From assembly GCA_044229975.1 (NCBI GenBank), contig JBGARZ010000011.1:32001-96000 (forward strand): a DNA stretch of 64,000 nt. The letters are read 5' to 3'. This DNA is from Polyangiales bacterium (GTDB lineage: Bacteria; Myxococcota_A; Polyangia; Polyangiales; Ga0077539). This document shows, in pieces, positions 49,765-60,219 of this stretch. Below the pieces are notes generated by a model. It saw nothing but the letters and a program-made list of their open reading frames with translations. It did no database searches and was not told the origin of the DNA. Both the position numbers and the translations under genes were made by a program. Numbering within the stretch: the stretch's first letter is position 1; every line of letters starts with the position of its first letter.

Positions 49765-50199
49765 TCAGCGCGGCCCCACCACGTGGAGCTGGCGCAGGTA
49801 GGCCATCAACGCTGGCATCTCGCTCTCGGGAAGACGATCGACGCCGATCGCGGGCATCCCGTCGGGGGCGCGGCCCGACCCCTCGCGGATCTGCCGACGC
49901 ACGGCAGCCTCGGAGCGGTTGGCCGCCGACAGCGAGCCGCCCGAAGGCACCTGCCACATCGCCAGGTGACACGGCCCGCACACCCTCATGAACACTACGC
50001 TCCCCTGGAGGGCCTGCGCATCGGACGGGGGCCTGGACGGCACCACTGGCGCGGGTGCGCTCGGCGGCGTGTAGACGTCGACCACGACAGGGGCGCCTGC
50101 ATCGGTCGATGCCTCGACGGGCGAAGGCTGCTGCGGCGCTCGGCGAGCCGTCACACAACCGAGCACGAAGACCAGCGCGCAGAGCGGGCGCGCGGTCAC
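49765..50199 (-). CDS. c-type cytochrome lipoprotein
   Basis: GTG overlapping the P450 stop; lipobox 'VLGC'; 'CGPCH' and distal 'GMPA'. Confidence 0.75.
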   Translation of the reverse strand: MTARPLCALVFVLGCVTARRAPQQPSPVEASTDAGAPVVVDVYTPPSAPAPVVPSRPPSDAQALQGSVVFMRVCGPCHLAMWQVPSGGSLSAANRSEAAVRRQIREGSGRAPDGMPAIGVDRLPESEMPALMAYLRQLHVVGPR

Positions 50200-51545
50200 G
50201 CCTCGATCGCCCGGCGGTGCGCCGTCATCGGCATGCCCCCTCTGGGGCGCAGCGTGACGAGGGGTTCCATCTCCGCGGGCGGCGCCGACGGGGGCAGCTC
50301 GAAGCGCACCCGCTGGGCGAGCGTCGCGAGGGCGAGGTGGCCCTCCATCAGCGCGAAGTGGTTGCCGATGCACACGCGCGGGCCAGCGCCGAAGGGGAGG
50401 AAGGCGTTTTTGGGAAGGGCCTTTTCGGCCTCCGGGGTGAAGCGCTCGGGGTCGAAGCGCTCGGGGTCGGGAAACAGCACCGGGTCGTGGTGCATCCCGA
50501 TGATGTTGATGACGACGAGGTTGCCCTTCGGGATGTGTCGCCCTTCGATGTCGACGTCCCGCAGCGCCCGCCGCGCGATGACGTACGCGGGCGGATAGAG
50601 ACGCATCGCCTCCTTGAAGACCATCATCGCGTAGGGGAGCTTCGCGAGGTCGGCCAGCGTCGGCGTGCGGCCACCGAGGTGGGCGTCGAGCTCGCGCTCC
50701 AGGCGATCGCGCACCGCGGGGTGCTTCGCCAGCAGGTAGAAGGTCCAGGTGAGGGCGTTGGCCGTGGTCTCGTGGCCCGCGAGGAAGATGGTCATGGCCT
50801 CGTCCCGCACCTGCTTGTCGGTCATCGCACCGCCCGCTTCGTCGCGCGCCGCGAGCAGCATGGAGAGGAAGTCGTGGCGCTCGCCCCCGGCCCGGCGGCG
50901 CTCCTCGATGAGCCCGTAGATGATGCGGTCGAGGCGGGCGACGGCGCGCAGCCCGCGGCGGTTGCCCGGCGTCGGCCACGTCGGCGGAATCGGGATCACC
51001 GAGCGCACCATGCGGCTCATCTGGGCCATGGCATCGGTGAGGGCGCCGTGCACCTCCTCGGCCTCCGCGCCGACCTCCGCGCCGAAGAGCGTCGCCCCGA
51101 CGATCTCCAGCGTGAGCCGCATCATCAGGGTGTTGACGTCCACCGACGCACCGTCGCGCAACGTTCGCTGCGCCGCCTCGGAGCGATCGGCGATGGTGGT
51201 CGCGTAGTCCGCGAGGCGCTTCGGCATGAACGACGGCGCCAGCATGCGCCGCTGCTTGCGGTGGAAGGCCCCCTCGCTCGACAGCAGCCCGTCGCCCAGC
51301 ATCGGCTTCATGAAGTAGCTCAGCGCGAGGCCCTTCATGAACGCGTCGCTCTGCTCGACCAGCACCGCGTGCGCGATGGCCGGGTCGGTCACGAGCTGCG
51401 ACTGCACCAGGCCGCCCCAGAGCGACATGCGCGCGATGGGCCCGTGCCGCCGCGGGACGGTCAACAGGAAGTCGACGCGCGTCTCCTGCCGCCGCAGGCG
51501 GAGCCGCTCGACGAAGGTCACGACGGGGATGGGTTGGTTCATCAC
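50196..51545 (-). CDS. Cytochrome P450
   Basis: 'AGHETT', 'EAMRLYPP', 'FDPERF', 'FGAGPRVCIG'. Confidence 0.95.
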   Translation of the reverse strand: MMNQPIPVVTFVERLRLRRQETRVDFLLTVPRRHGPIARMSLWGGLVQSQLVTDPAIAHAVLVEQSDAFMKGLALSYFMKPMLGDGLLSSEGAFHRKQRRMLAPSFMPKRLADYATTIADRSEAAQRTLRDGASVDVNTLMMRLTLEIVGATLFGAEVGAEAEEVHGALTDAMAQMSRMVRSVIPIPPTWPTPGNRRGLRAVARLDRIIYGLIEERRRAGGERHDFLSMLLAARDEAGGAMTDKQVRDEAMTIFLAGHETTANALTWTFYLLAKHPAVRDRLERELDAHLGGRTPTLADLAKLPYAMMVFKEAMRLYPPAYVIARRALRDVDIEGRHIPKGNLVVINIIGMHHDPVLFPDPERFDPERFTPEAEKALPKNAFLPFGAGPRVCIGNHFALMEGHLALATLAQRVRFELPPSAPPAEMEPLVTLRPRGGMPMTAHRRAIEA

Positions 51546-51563
51546 GAAGCCTCCATGGGATCG

Positions 51564-51615
51564 CTATTGTCGTGATGACAATAGAAGCCCACGGGTTATT
51601 GTCAAGGCACCAATA
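51564..51615. promoter_or_regulatory. Two putative TetR operators between divergent P450 and TetR genes
   Basis: CTATTGTC-gtgat-GACAATAG (51564-51584) and the related TATTGTC-aaggc-ACCAATA (51597-51615). Confidence 0.65.
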
Positions 51616-52244
51616 TGAAGCCCACCCGACGACGACGTGACCCTGAGGAGGCGCGCGGAGAACTCCTCGACGCGGCCGATCGGCTGCTGGCCGAGCGCCC
51701 GCCCGACGCGGTGGGTCTGGCCGACATCGCGCGCGACGCGGGGGTGAGCCACGCGCTGGTGTCGCACTACTTCGGCACGTACGTCGGCGTGGTCGACGCG
51801 GTGCTGGAGCGTCGTCGCGCCGCGGTGCGCGCTCGCATGATGGAGCGCATCGCGAAGGCCGACCTCGTCGACCCCGACGAGCTGCTCGACGCGCTCTTCG
51901 AGGCGCTGTCCGACCGCACCTTCGTGCGCCTGTCGCTGTGGGCGCTGGCGGCCGAGCGGCCCTCGGCGAGCGAGACCTTCCCGCTGCACTCGCAGGGGAT
52001 GCGGCTCGTGGCGGAGGCCATCGTCGAGCGGCTGGGCGACCGTCGCGCGGAGACGCGGAAGCGCATCGAGCAGGCGCTGGTGGTCGCGGGGAGCGCGGCC
52101 CTCGGGTACGTCGTGGCGCGCGGCGGGTGGATGGCCGCGCTCGGTCGGGAGCCGTCGGCGGCGTTCGATCGCTCGGTGCGGAGGGCGCTCGGGGAGATGC
52201 TGCGCACGTTTACGGCGCCGCTCACTGCCGGGAGTGCGACGTAG
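51615..52244 (+). CDS. TetR/AcrR family regulator
   Basis: 'VGLADIARDAGVSHALVSHYFGT'. Confidence 0.9.
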   Translation: MKPTRRRRDPEEARGELLDAADRLLAERPPDAVGLADIARDAGVSHALVSHYFGTYVGVVDAVLERRRAAVRARMMERIAKADLVDPDELLDALFEALSDRTFVRLSLWALAAERPSASETFPLHSQGMRLVAEAIVERLGDRRAETRKRIEQALVVAGSAALGYVVARGGWMAALGREPSAAFDRSVRRALGEMLRTFTAPLTAGSAT

Positions 52245-52351
52245 GGCCCAGCCCTTTCAACGTGGCTCAAGCGTCATCCATCTCAAGGTCACTGCACCCG
52301 CTTGCAGACCGGGGTTGGTCGCGTCCCGCGCCTGCACCAGCGGGTGGAGCG

Positions 52352-52687
52352 CTATGGCTGCTCTCGCGCGGCGAGGATGAAGTGCAGCACCTGCTGGGTC
52401 TGCTCGGGCGTCAGGTGCGACTTGTGGCCCATGTCCGTCATGATGCCGGGCCAACGGTTGGCGCTGATCGGATTGAGATCGGGATAGCCGTGACAGCCGT
52501 TGCACCGGTCGAGAAACAGGGTGCGCCCCGCGTCGAGCGACTCTGCCGTCGCGCCCGGCCAACGGCTCGCAGCCGTCGCCGCCGAGGCCGGTGACAGAGG
52601 GCCCGGAGCCGCGCCGCTGCGCGGATACGAGCACGCCGTCGTGGCCAGGAAGACACCCATCACCGCGCGCGCCGCGAGCTTTGTCAT
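52352..52687 (-). CDS. Small monoheme cytochrome c lipoprotein
   Basis: Lipobox 'TTAC'; 'GRTLFLDRCNGCH...W..IMTDM'. Confidence 0.75.
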   Translation of the reverse strand: MTKLAARAVMGVFLATTACSYPRSGAAPGPLSPASAATAASRWPGATAESLDAGRTLFLDRCNGCHGYPDLNPISANRWPGIMTDMGHKSHLTPEQTQQVLHFILAAREQP

Positions 52688-52754
52688 GACTCGGTAGTGC
52701 TACAGCTTGCGCGTCTTGTCGCTGACCGATCGCTGCCTCAAGCACATCACCACG

Positions 52755-53309
52755 ATGGCCACCGCCCTTCGACTCTTCGGCGTATCGGTGTTGTGGGGCG
52801 CGCTCACCCTCGCGGCGCCGTCGACTTCGTCCGCGCAGGCGCGTGCTGGGGCTGTCCCTTCGTCGAGCTGGTCGAGCGCCCTCTTCGTCGAGCTCGCCGC
52901 GAGCTTCGTCCCCTACGCCAACGACGTCCCGCTCGTGTTCGGTGTGGGCCTTCGCTTCGCCGACGTCCACGAGGTCTGGGCGCGCGCCGGCTACATGCCC
53001 ACTGGCGACGACCGCACCTACGGCTTCGGCGTCGTGGGGTACCGCGCCGTCCTGCGACCGCACCGGCTCGTGCGCCCGACCGTCGGCGGGTTGTTCGCGG
53101 CGCTGCCGGCGACCTGTGGCCACGACGCGGCGGGCAAACCGAGCTGCGCGCCCGACGCGCTCTTCATCGTCGCGGCGACGGGCGGCGTGCGCATCGAACC
53201 GGTGCCTTGGCTGGGTTTCGCGGCGACGCTGTCGTTGGGCGTCGACTCGTACCCGAACCCCTTCGGGATGATCGAGCTCGCCGTGAGCTTCGCGCTGCCG
53301 CTGTCGTAG
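52755..53309 (+). CDS. Hypothetical secreted, outer-membrane beta-strand-rich protein
   Basis: Signal peptide; alternating hydrophobic strands; C-terminal 'ELAVSFALPLS'. Confidence 0.55.
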   Translation: MATALRLFGVSVLWGALTLAAPSTSSAQARAGAVPSSSWSSALFVELAASFVPYANDVPLVFGVGLRFADVHEVWARAGYMPTGDDRTYGFGVVGYRAVLRPHRLVRPTVGGLFAALPATCGHDAAGKPSCAPDALFIVAATGGVRIEPVPWLGFAATLSLGVDSYPNPFGMIELAVSFALPLS

Positions 53310-53495
53310 GCGGTCGGTGCGGAGAGAAACAGCCGCAAGGGCGCAAGGGTCGCAAGGGAAAGACAAGTTCTCCCCGCGAATGATGAGGTTTCGCAAAACG
53401 GATCGCGGCGAGCGATCGGAGCGCCCGATCACCCATTCCTTCCTACCCTTGCGACCCTCGCGTCCTTGCGGCTGTGTCTCTCCGCAACGACTGCC
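53309..53495. mobile_element. Gene-less MITE/REPIN-like element sharing the 27-bp core of the GxxExxY-flanking repeats
   Basis: Arms 53309-53358 and 53446-53495 are inverted (45/50); cores at 53332-53358 and 53446-53472; mobility is inferred, not shown. Confidence 0.65.
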
Positions 53496-53503
53496 GCCGG
53501 CCT

Positions 53504-55879
53504 CTACAGCCCCGGCACCACCCAAGGCAGCCCGTGGTTGACCGTCGCCCCGTCGCCCACCTGCCCGAAGCCGTTGCCGCCCCAGCAGCGCACCACACCA
53601 CCCGCCGCCCGCGAGCACGTGTGCGCCTCGCCCGCCGTCACCAGCAGCGCGTCACCCACGCTCGCCGCCACCACCGGCGCCGGTCGATCGATGGTAGTGC
53701 CGTCCGCGAGCTGCCCCGTCGCGTTGCTCCCCCAGCACCGCAGCGAGTGACCCACCATCCGCGCGCACGTGTGAAACGCCCCGACGCCCAGGTCGAGCGC
53801 GCCCGCGAGCCCCGGCACCACGACCGGCGTCGTCCGACTCACGCGCGACCCGTCGGCGAGCTGCCCGAGGTCGTTGCGACCCCAGCAGCGAACCGTCCCG
53901 TCGCTCAACCTCGCACAGCTCCGGTACGCGCCGAGCGCCAGTGCCGCCGCGTTGGAGAGGCCCGCCACCGCCGCGGGCCGGTAGTGTGTCTCGACGTAGC
54001 CGTCGCCCACCTGGCCGAAGCTGCTCGCGCCCCAGCAGCGAACCGTCCCATCACCGAGTCGCGCGCAGGTGTGCAGGTTGCCCGCCGCCACCTCCACCAC
54101 GCCCGCCAGCCCCGGAACCTGCGCTGGAAACGGTCGCGTCACCGTCGTCCCGTCGCCGAGCTGACCGTGGGCGTTGTCGCCCCAGCAGCGGACCGTTCCG
54201 TCGGCGAGGCGCGCGCAGGTGTGGGCGTCGCCGAGGGCGATCTGCACGACGCCCGTGAGGGCGACCACGGGCACCGAGACGCTGTTGTTGCTGCGCGTGT
54301 TGTTGCCGAGCTGACCCGACGTGTTGAGCCCCCAGCAGCGCATCGTTCCGTCGTCGCGGCGCGCGCAGGAGTGGCCGTTGCCCGCGCCGACCTCCACGGC
54401 GCGGTCGAGCCCCACCACGGAGACCGGCGTCGTGCGGTGCGTCAGGGTGCCGTCGCCGAGCTGACCGAATTGGTTCCAGCCCCAGCAGCGGACGTTGGCG
54501 TTGGCGAGGCGCGCGCAGGTGTGGGCGTAGCCCGCGGCGAGCGTCATCACCGGCGGGCTCAGCTCCGTCACGGGAGGGACGACCACCCGCGCGACGTCCA
54601 CCACGCTCGGCGCATCGAGGTGGGCCACGCCTCCGTCGGCCGGGTTCTCGTCGCGATACCGATTGAACGCGAACCACCCACCACCAAGGATGGCGGTCCC
54701 TACCAGCAGCCCGACCACGGTCGCGCCGAGCCACGAGCTGTTGCTCGGGGGCGACGGCGGCGTCGGGTACGGCGTCGGGTACGGCGGCGCGCCCTGCACC
54801 GAATACACGGGGTTGTATGAGATGGGCGGCGGAACCGACGGGTGCACCGCCGCGGGGACGCCCTGCACGGAGGCCGAGGCCCACGGCGCCGAGGTCGACA
54901 CGACCTGCATGGCCTGGGTGGGCGGGACGACGCTGCGCCGCGGGTCGTCGGTGGTGACGAAGGCCGCGGTGGCCTGCGGTCCGAGGAGCACCGGGGTGAG
55001 CGCGGCGAGGGCCTCGGCGGCGTCGCGGAAGCGGGCGTTGGGGTCGCGCACCACACACCGGGCGAACCACTCGTCGAAGCCCGCCGGGAGGCTGGTTCCG
55101 AGCTCCTGCGCGCGAACGCTCGGCGCTTCGATGGGGTCGCCGAAGAGCTCGCGCAGCACGCGCTCGACGGGCGCATCGGGGATGTTGCCGCTGCGCCAGT
55201 ACGACCGCCCCACGAGCAGCTTGAAGGCGAGGAGCCCCATGGACCAGACGTCCGCCGCGGGGGTGATCTCGCCGCGCTGCGCCTGCTCGGGGGCCATCCA
55301 GAGGGGCGTTCCGACGGCGGAGGTCATGCGGTGCTGCGGGCCCGAGTCGGTGCCGATGTCGTCGAGCGCCTTGGCGATGCCGAAGTCGAGGAGCTTCACC
55401 GTAAACGGCACGCCCTCCCGCCGCGGAACACACAAGAACACGTTGTCGGGCTTCAGGTCGCGGTGCACGAGCCCGGCGCGGTGGGCGGCCGCGAGCGCGT
55501 GCCCGAGCTGGCGAAAGACCTCCAGCGTCTCGGAGGGCGGGAGCTTGCCGCGGCGCTTGAGGACGTGGCCGAGGTCTTCGCCGCGGAGGAGTTCCATGAC
55601 GATCCACGGGACGCCCTGGTCGTCGAAGCCGGCGGCGAGCACCTGCACCACGTGGTCGCTCTCGATGCGCGCGCTCGCCCTGGCTTCTTGCAGGAAACGC
55701 TCGCGCCCGCGCGGGTCTCGCAGCAGGCGCGCGTGCATCACCTTGAGCACCCGCTCGGCCCCGGTGGAGAGCTGGGTGACGCGGTAGAGGGTGCCCATGC
55801 CGCCGCGGGCGAGCTCCTGCTCGACGCGGTAGTCCGTCGCGACGACGGTTCCGGCGACGAGCGGCTGGGCGAGACTCAT
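53504..55879 (-). CDS. Transmembrane Ser/Thr kinase with extracytoplasmic RCC1/BLIP-II repeat propeller
   Basis: '[10 protein letters not shown]', 'DFGIAK', '[10 protein letters not shown]'; TM '[23 protein letters not shown]'; seven '[18 protein letters not shown]' repeats. Confidence 0.93.
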   Translation of the reverse strand: MSLAQPLVAGTVVATDYRVEQELARGGMGTLYRVTQLSTGAERVLKVMHARLLRDPRGRERFLQEARASARIESDHVVQVLAAGFDDQGVPWIVMELLRGEDLGHVLKRRGKLPPSETLEVFRQLGHALAAAHRAGLVHRDLKPDNVFLCVPRREGVPFTVKLLDFGIAKALDDIGTDSGPQHRMTSAVGTPLWMAPEQAQRGEITPAADVWSMGLLAFKLLVGRSYWRSGNIPDAPVERVLRELFGDPIEAPSVRAQELGTSLPAGFDEWFARCVVRDPNARFRDAAEALAALTPVLLGPQATAAFVTTDDPRRSVVPPTQAMQVVSTSAPWASASVQGVPAAVHPSVPPPISYNPVYSVQGAPPYPTPYPTPPSPPSNSSWLGATVVGLLVGTAILGGGWFAFNRYRDENPADGGVAHLDAPSVVDVARVVVPPVTELSPPVMTLAAGYAHTCARLANANVRCWGWNQFGQLGDGTLTHRTTPVSVVGLDRAVEVGAGNGHSCARRDDGTMRCWGLNTSGQLGNNTRSNNSVSVPVVALTGVVQIALGDAHTCARLADGTVRCWGDNAHGQLGDGTTVTRPFPAQVPGLAGVVEVAAGNLHTCARLGDGTVRCWGASSFGQVGDGYVETHYRPAAVAGLSNAAALALGAYRSCARLSDGTVRCWGRNDLGQLADGSRVSRTTPVVVPGLAGALDLGVGAFHTCARMVGHSLRCWGSNATGQLADGTTIDRPAPVVAASVGDALLVTAGEAHTCSRAAGGVVRCWGGNGFGQVGDGATVNHGLPWVVPGL

Positions 55880-55953
55880 GGGGCGCGGATGCTAGTCCGT
55901 CACTCGCAGGGACGCGAAGGATTGGAGGCGCGGTGAGAGGCGCTCGTTTGTGT

Positions 55954-56119
55954 TCGTGGGCCCCCATCCCCGCTGCCGCGCGCCCTTCCCCCACGCTGAC
56001 GCGTGAGGGCAGGGCTCCGGGGGCTGGCAGCCTCGCGCTCATGCTACAGACGTCGGAGCCCTGCCCTCACGCGTCAGCGTGGGGGAAGGGCGCGCGGCAG
56101 CGGGGATGGGGGCCCACGA
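55954..56119. repeat. Perfect 66-bp inverted repeat with 34-bp spacer (REP-doublet-like)
   Basis: 55954-56019 is the exact reverse complement of 56054-56119. Confidence 0.9.
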
Positions 56120-56140
56120 CTCCAGTCGAGCCCACCCACA

Positions 56141-57958
56141 TCACCGCCCCACCATCACCTCGACCCGACCCGGCAGCGCGCCCGTCCCCGGCGGCACCCG
56201 CTCTCGCCCCGTGGCGTGCCCGTACACGCACAGCCCGTTGGCGCGCGGCCCTTCCATCACCTCCAGCCGCAGCGTGTGCTCGCCCGCCGTCGCCACCGCC
56301 GCCACCGCCGCCGCGTCGTCGCTCGCTCGCTCCACCCAGCGCCCGAGCCCGTCGTCGGCGATCACCTCCACCTCGCCCAGCGACACTCCGTCGAGCGACA
56401 CCCGCACCGTCGACCCATCCTCGGGCGCTCCCTCTTCGCCGCGCCCCGGCAGCTCCGAGCTCGCCCGAAAGCGCACCGTCACCCGCCGTGCGTCCGTCAT
56501 CGCCCGCGCCGCCGCAGCCGTCACCCGCAGCCGATACGTAAACGCCGTCGGACCGCCGCCGTACATGTGCATCACCGCGAAGCCGTCCCAGCGCCCCACC
56601 GCCTCGCCATCGATGCTCGCGAAGCGCTCCGGCCGCCACACCCAACGCGCCGTTCGCCCTCGCACCACTGGCACCGCGACCGCGCCGACGGGCCCATCCA
56701 CCCGCCGACGCGTCGACCACAACGGCACCACTCCGCGCGACGCCATCAATCGCGGGTTGCCCGTCGGGTCGTCCTCCGACCACCGCGCCGCGACGCGCGC
56801 CAGCACCTCGCGCACCTCGCGCGTCTCGCCCACCCACGGGCCGTCCACCACGATGCCGTGCTCCCTCGGTCGCTCGGCCGCGGCCGTGTAGATCCACGCC
56901 ATCGCGCCGTCGAGGTCATCCAACCGCGAGCGCGCCAGGAAGCGCTCGAACCACTCCGCCCGCGGCACCCCGTGATGCACCTGCTCGACGGTGCTGAACC
57001 CGTACTCGCCCCAGATGAACGGCTTCGCCAGAACGTGGTGCGCGAGCTGCGCGTGGTCGTCGACGAAGTCGTCGAGGTGTTCGAGCGTCCGCCCGGCGCG
57101 CACCGTCGTGGGGTAGGCGTGCGCGTCGGCGTAGTCGATCTCTGGGAGTCGTTGCAGCGCCAGCCAGGTCTCGCGCTGCTCGTTGCGCGTGTACCCGATG
57201 TGCCCGGCGCCCACGAGGTGCGCGCGGTCGAGCCCGTGGATGTACGCCGCCATGGTGCGGGTCCAGTCGACGAGCGTGTCGCGCGAGCGCCGCGGCGCAT
57301 CGGACTCGTTGATGAGCTCCCACGCCATGATGGTCGGGTCATCCCGATACGGAACGCCCGTCGTCGCGTTGATGCGACCCACCACCCGAGCGACGTGGGC
57401 GCGGTAGTCGTCGCGGGCGTGCGGGCTCCCGAAGAAGTACCCGAGCGCTGGCATCGGCGGGCCGACGACGGGGCCACGCAACGTCTCCCAGCGGTGGTAC
57501 TCGGGCGCTCCGCCGTAGTCGCTCCAGCGGTTGGAGAGCACCACCACGACGCGCAGTCCGCGCGCGCGAGCGGCCTCGATGACCCGGTCGAGGTGCACGA
57601 AGCTCGCCTCCAACCACCCTTCCGGGCCGAGGCGAAACGAGTAGTCGCGCGTCCACTCCTCGGCGCCTTCGGGGTGCTCACCGAGCGCCCACACCCGCAC
57701 CACCTTGAGTCCGTCGGCGGCGACGGCGTCGAGCACCGACTCCACCGCCGCGCGGTCGAAGCGCCCGTGCATGATCGACGCGTTGGCGCCCATGAACTTG
57801 AAGCGCCGACCGCCCAGCACGAAGCGCCGCCCGTCGACCTGCACGAAGCGCGATCGATCGACGGCGGGCGGTGGGGTGACGGGCTGGGCGAGGGCCGTCG
57901 CGACCAGCGCCGAGAGGGCGACGGCCGCGACGAGGAGGGGACGGGCGGTGGGTTTCAA
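56141..57958 (-). CDS. Glycoside hydrolase family 5 (beta-mannanase-like), secreted
   Basis: 'GLKVVRVWA', 'NRWSDYGG', 'DDPTIMAWELINE' (acid/base), 'KPFIWGEYG' (nucleophile). Confidence 0.85.
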   Translation of the reverse strand: MKPTARPLLVAAVALSALVATALAQPVTPPPAVDRSRFVQVDGRRFVLGGRRFKFMGANASIMHGRFDRAAVESVLDAVAADGLKVVRVWALGEHPEGAEEWTRDYSFRLGPEGWLEASFVHLDRVIEAARARGLRVVVVLSNRWSDYGGAPEYHRWETLRGPVVGPPMPALGYFFGSPHARDDYRAHVARVVGRINATTGVPYRDDPTIMAWELINESDAPRRSRDTLVDWTRTMAAYIHGLDRAHLVGAGHIGYTRNEQRETWLALQRLPEIDYADAHAYPTTVRAGRTLEHLDDFVDDHAQLAHHVLAKPFIWGEYGFSTVEQVHHGVPRAEWFERFLARSRLDDLDGAMAWIYTAAAERPREHGIVVDGPWVGETREVREVLARVAARWSEDDPTGNPRLMASRGVVPLWSTRRRVDGPVGAVAVPVVRGRTARWVWRPERFASIDGEAVGRWDGFAVMHMYGGGPTAFTYRLRVTAAAARAMTDARRVTVRFRASSELPGRGEEGAPEDGSTVRVSLDGVSLGEVEVIADDGLGRWVERASDDAAAVAAVATAGEHTLRLEVMEGPRANGLCVYGHATGRERVPPGTGALPGRVEVMVGR

Positions 57959-57974
57959 CGCCCGGCGGAGAGCG

Positions 57975-59117
<1,143 letters not shown>

Positions 59118-59217
59118 GCTCTCCTCCATCTCAGACGTTTTCGTCGAAAATCCGCGTTGCCCTACCACGGGCGACGTTTCGGGAAAACAACGTCCGCCCG
59201 CGGTCGTTCGACCGTCC

Positions 59218-60060
59218 ATGCGACCCGCCGCCCTCGTCTCCCTCCTCGCCCTCAGCACCGCGTGCGCCGCGCCGCCCCGCTTCTGGAGCCGCCGCGAACC
59301 CACCGCCGCCATCCCCCTCCGCCCCCTCACGGCCGAGGCCGTCATCACCACACCCGCCGCCACCGACCCCGACGGAGCCTTCGCCAGCGCCGACGGAACC
59401 AGCCGCAGCCGACAGGGTCCGTGCCAGCGCGAGGCCCGCGAGGCCGACAGCGTCCCGGCCGACGAGCCCATGAAGGCGTGCACCTTCACCCCCGACCGCG
59501 GGTGGCGCGAGTGGACCTTCCCCGACCCGGGCGTCCTGCTCGACGTCTTCGACGGCGTCGCCCTCATCGCCCGCACCAACCGAGACGGCGACGTGGACGT
59601 CGTCCGCTACGACGTCGACCTGGGTCGGTCGCACCGCCTCATGCTCCCGGAGCCCACCGCGCGGTGGGCGCGCGCGGGCTTTACCCGATCGGGTATGCTG
59701 GTCGGCCTGGTGCGGACGGGCACCCTCGACCGCCCCGGGTCGGCCTGGGTGCGGGGCGCCACCGACGGGACGCTCACCATGACCGCGCTGCCCTTCGACG
59801 CCGACGACCTGGGCACCACGGACGACCTCACGGTGTGCGTCGGACCGAGCGGCGCCGCCGTGGTGTCGGCCCTCGGGTGGTCGCGCCGGGTCGACCTCCC
59901 CGCGGCTTCGAACGCGACGCAAAGACCGCGGACGGAGGTCGGGCGCGCGGGCGAGCGAGTGGTCTGCGCGATGGGACAGTGCGTCATCGACGGGGTGGCG
60001 CGGGTGGTGTTGGAGCCGCCGGGCGGAGGGCTCGATCCGGCCGAGTCGGTCATTCGTTGA
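59218..60060 (+). CDS. Hypothetical lipoprotein
   Basis: ATG 59218; lipobox 'STAC'. Confidence 0.55.
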   Translation: MRPAALVSLLALSTACAAPPRFWSRREPTAAIPLRPLTAEAVITTPAATDPDGAFASADGTSRSRQGPCQREAREADSVPADEPMKACTFTPDRGWREWTFPDPGVLLDVFDGVALIARTNRDGDVDVVRYDVDLGRSHRLMLPEPTARWARAGFTRSGMLVGLVRTGTLDRPGSAWVRGATDGTLTMTALPFDADDLGTTDDLTVCVGPSGAAVVSALGWSRRVDLPAASNATQRPRTEVGRAGERVVCAMGQCVIDGVARVVLEPPGGGLDPAESVIR

Positions 60061-60219
60061 GAAAGGCGTTGGGGTTCTGGTACCTATCGCGCGCGCCGCG
60101 GGCCTGACGTACCGAATGGGCCGACGCGACGAGTAGGACGATGTCCAGCGTTTTCCACTACGCGGCAGATCTCGTGGTTTCTGGTGACGACGCGGGACTT
60201 TCGGTAACGTGAGGTTCCT

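Noticed and set aside
43742..52244. Terpene biosynthetic cluster (prenyltransferase + P450)
   Set aside because: No cyclase or phytoene/squalene synthase, and unrelated genes lie between them
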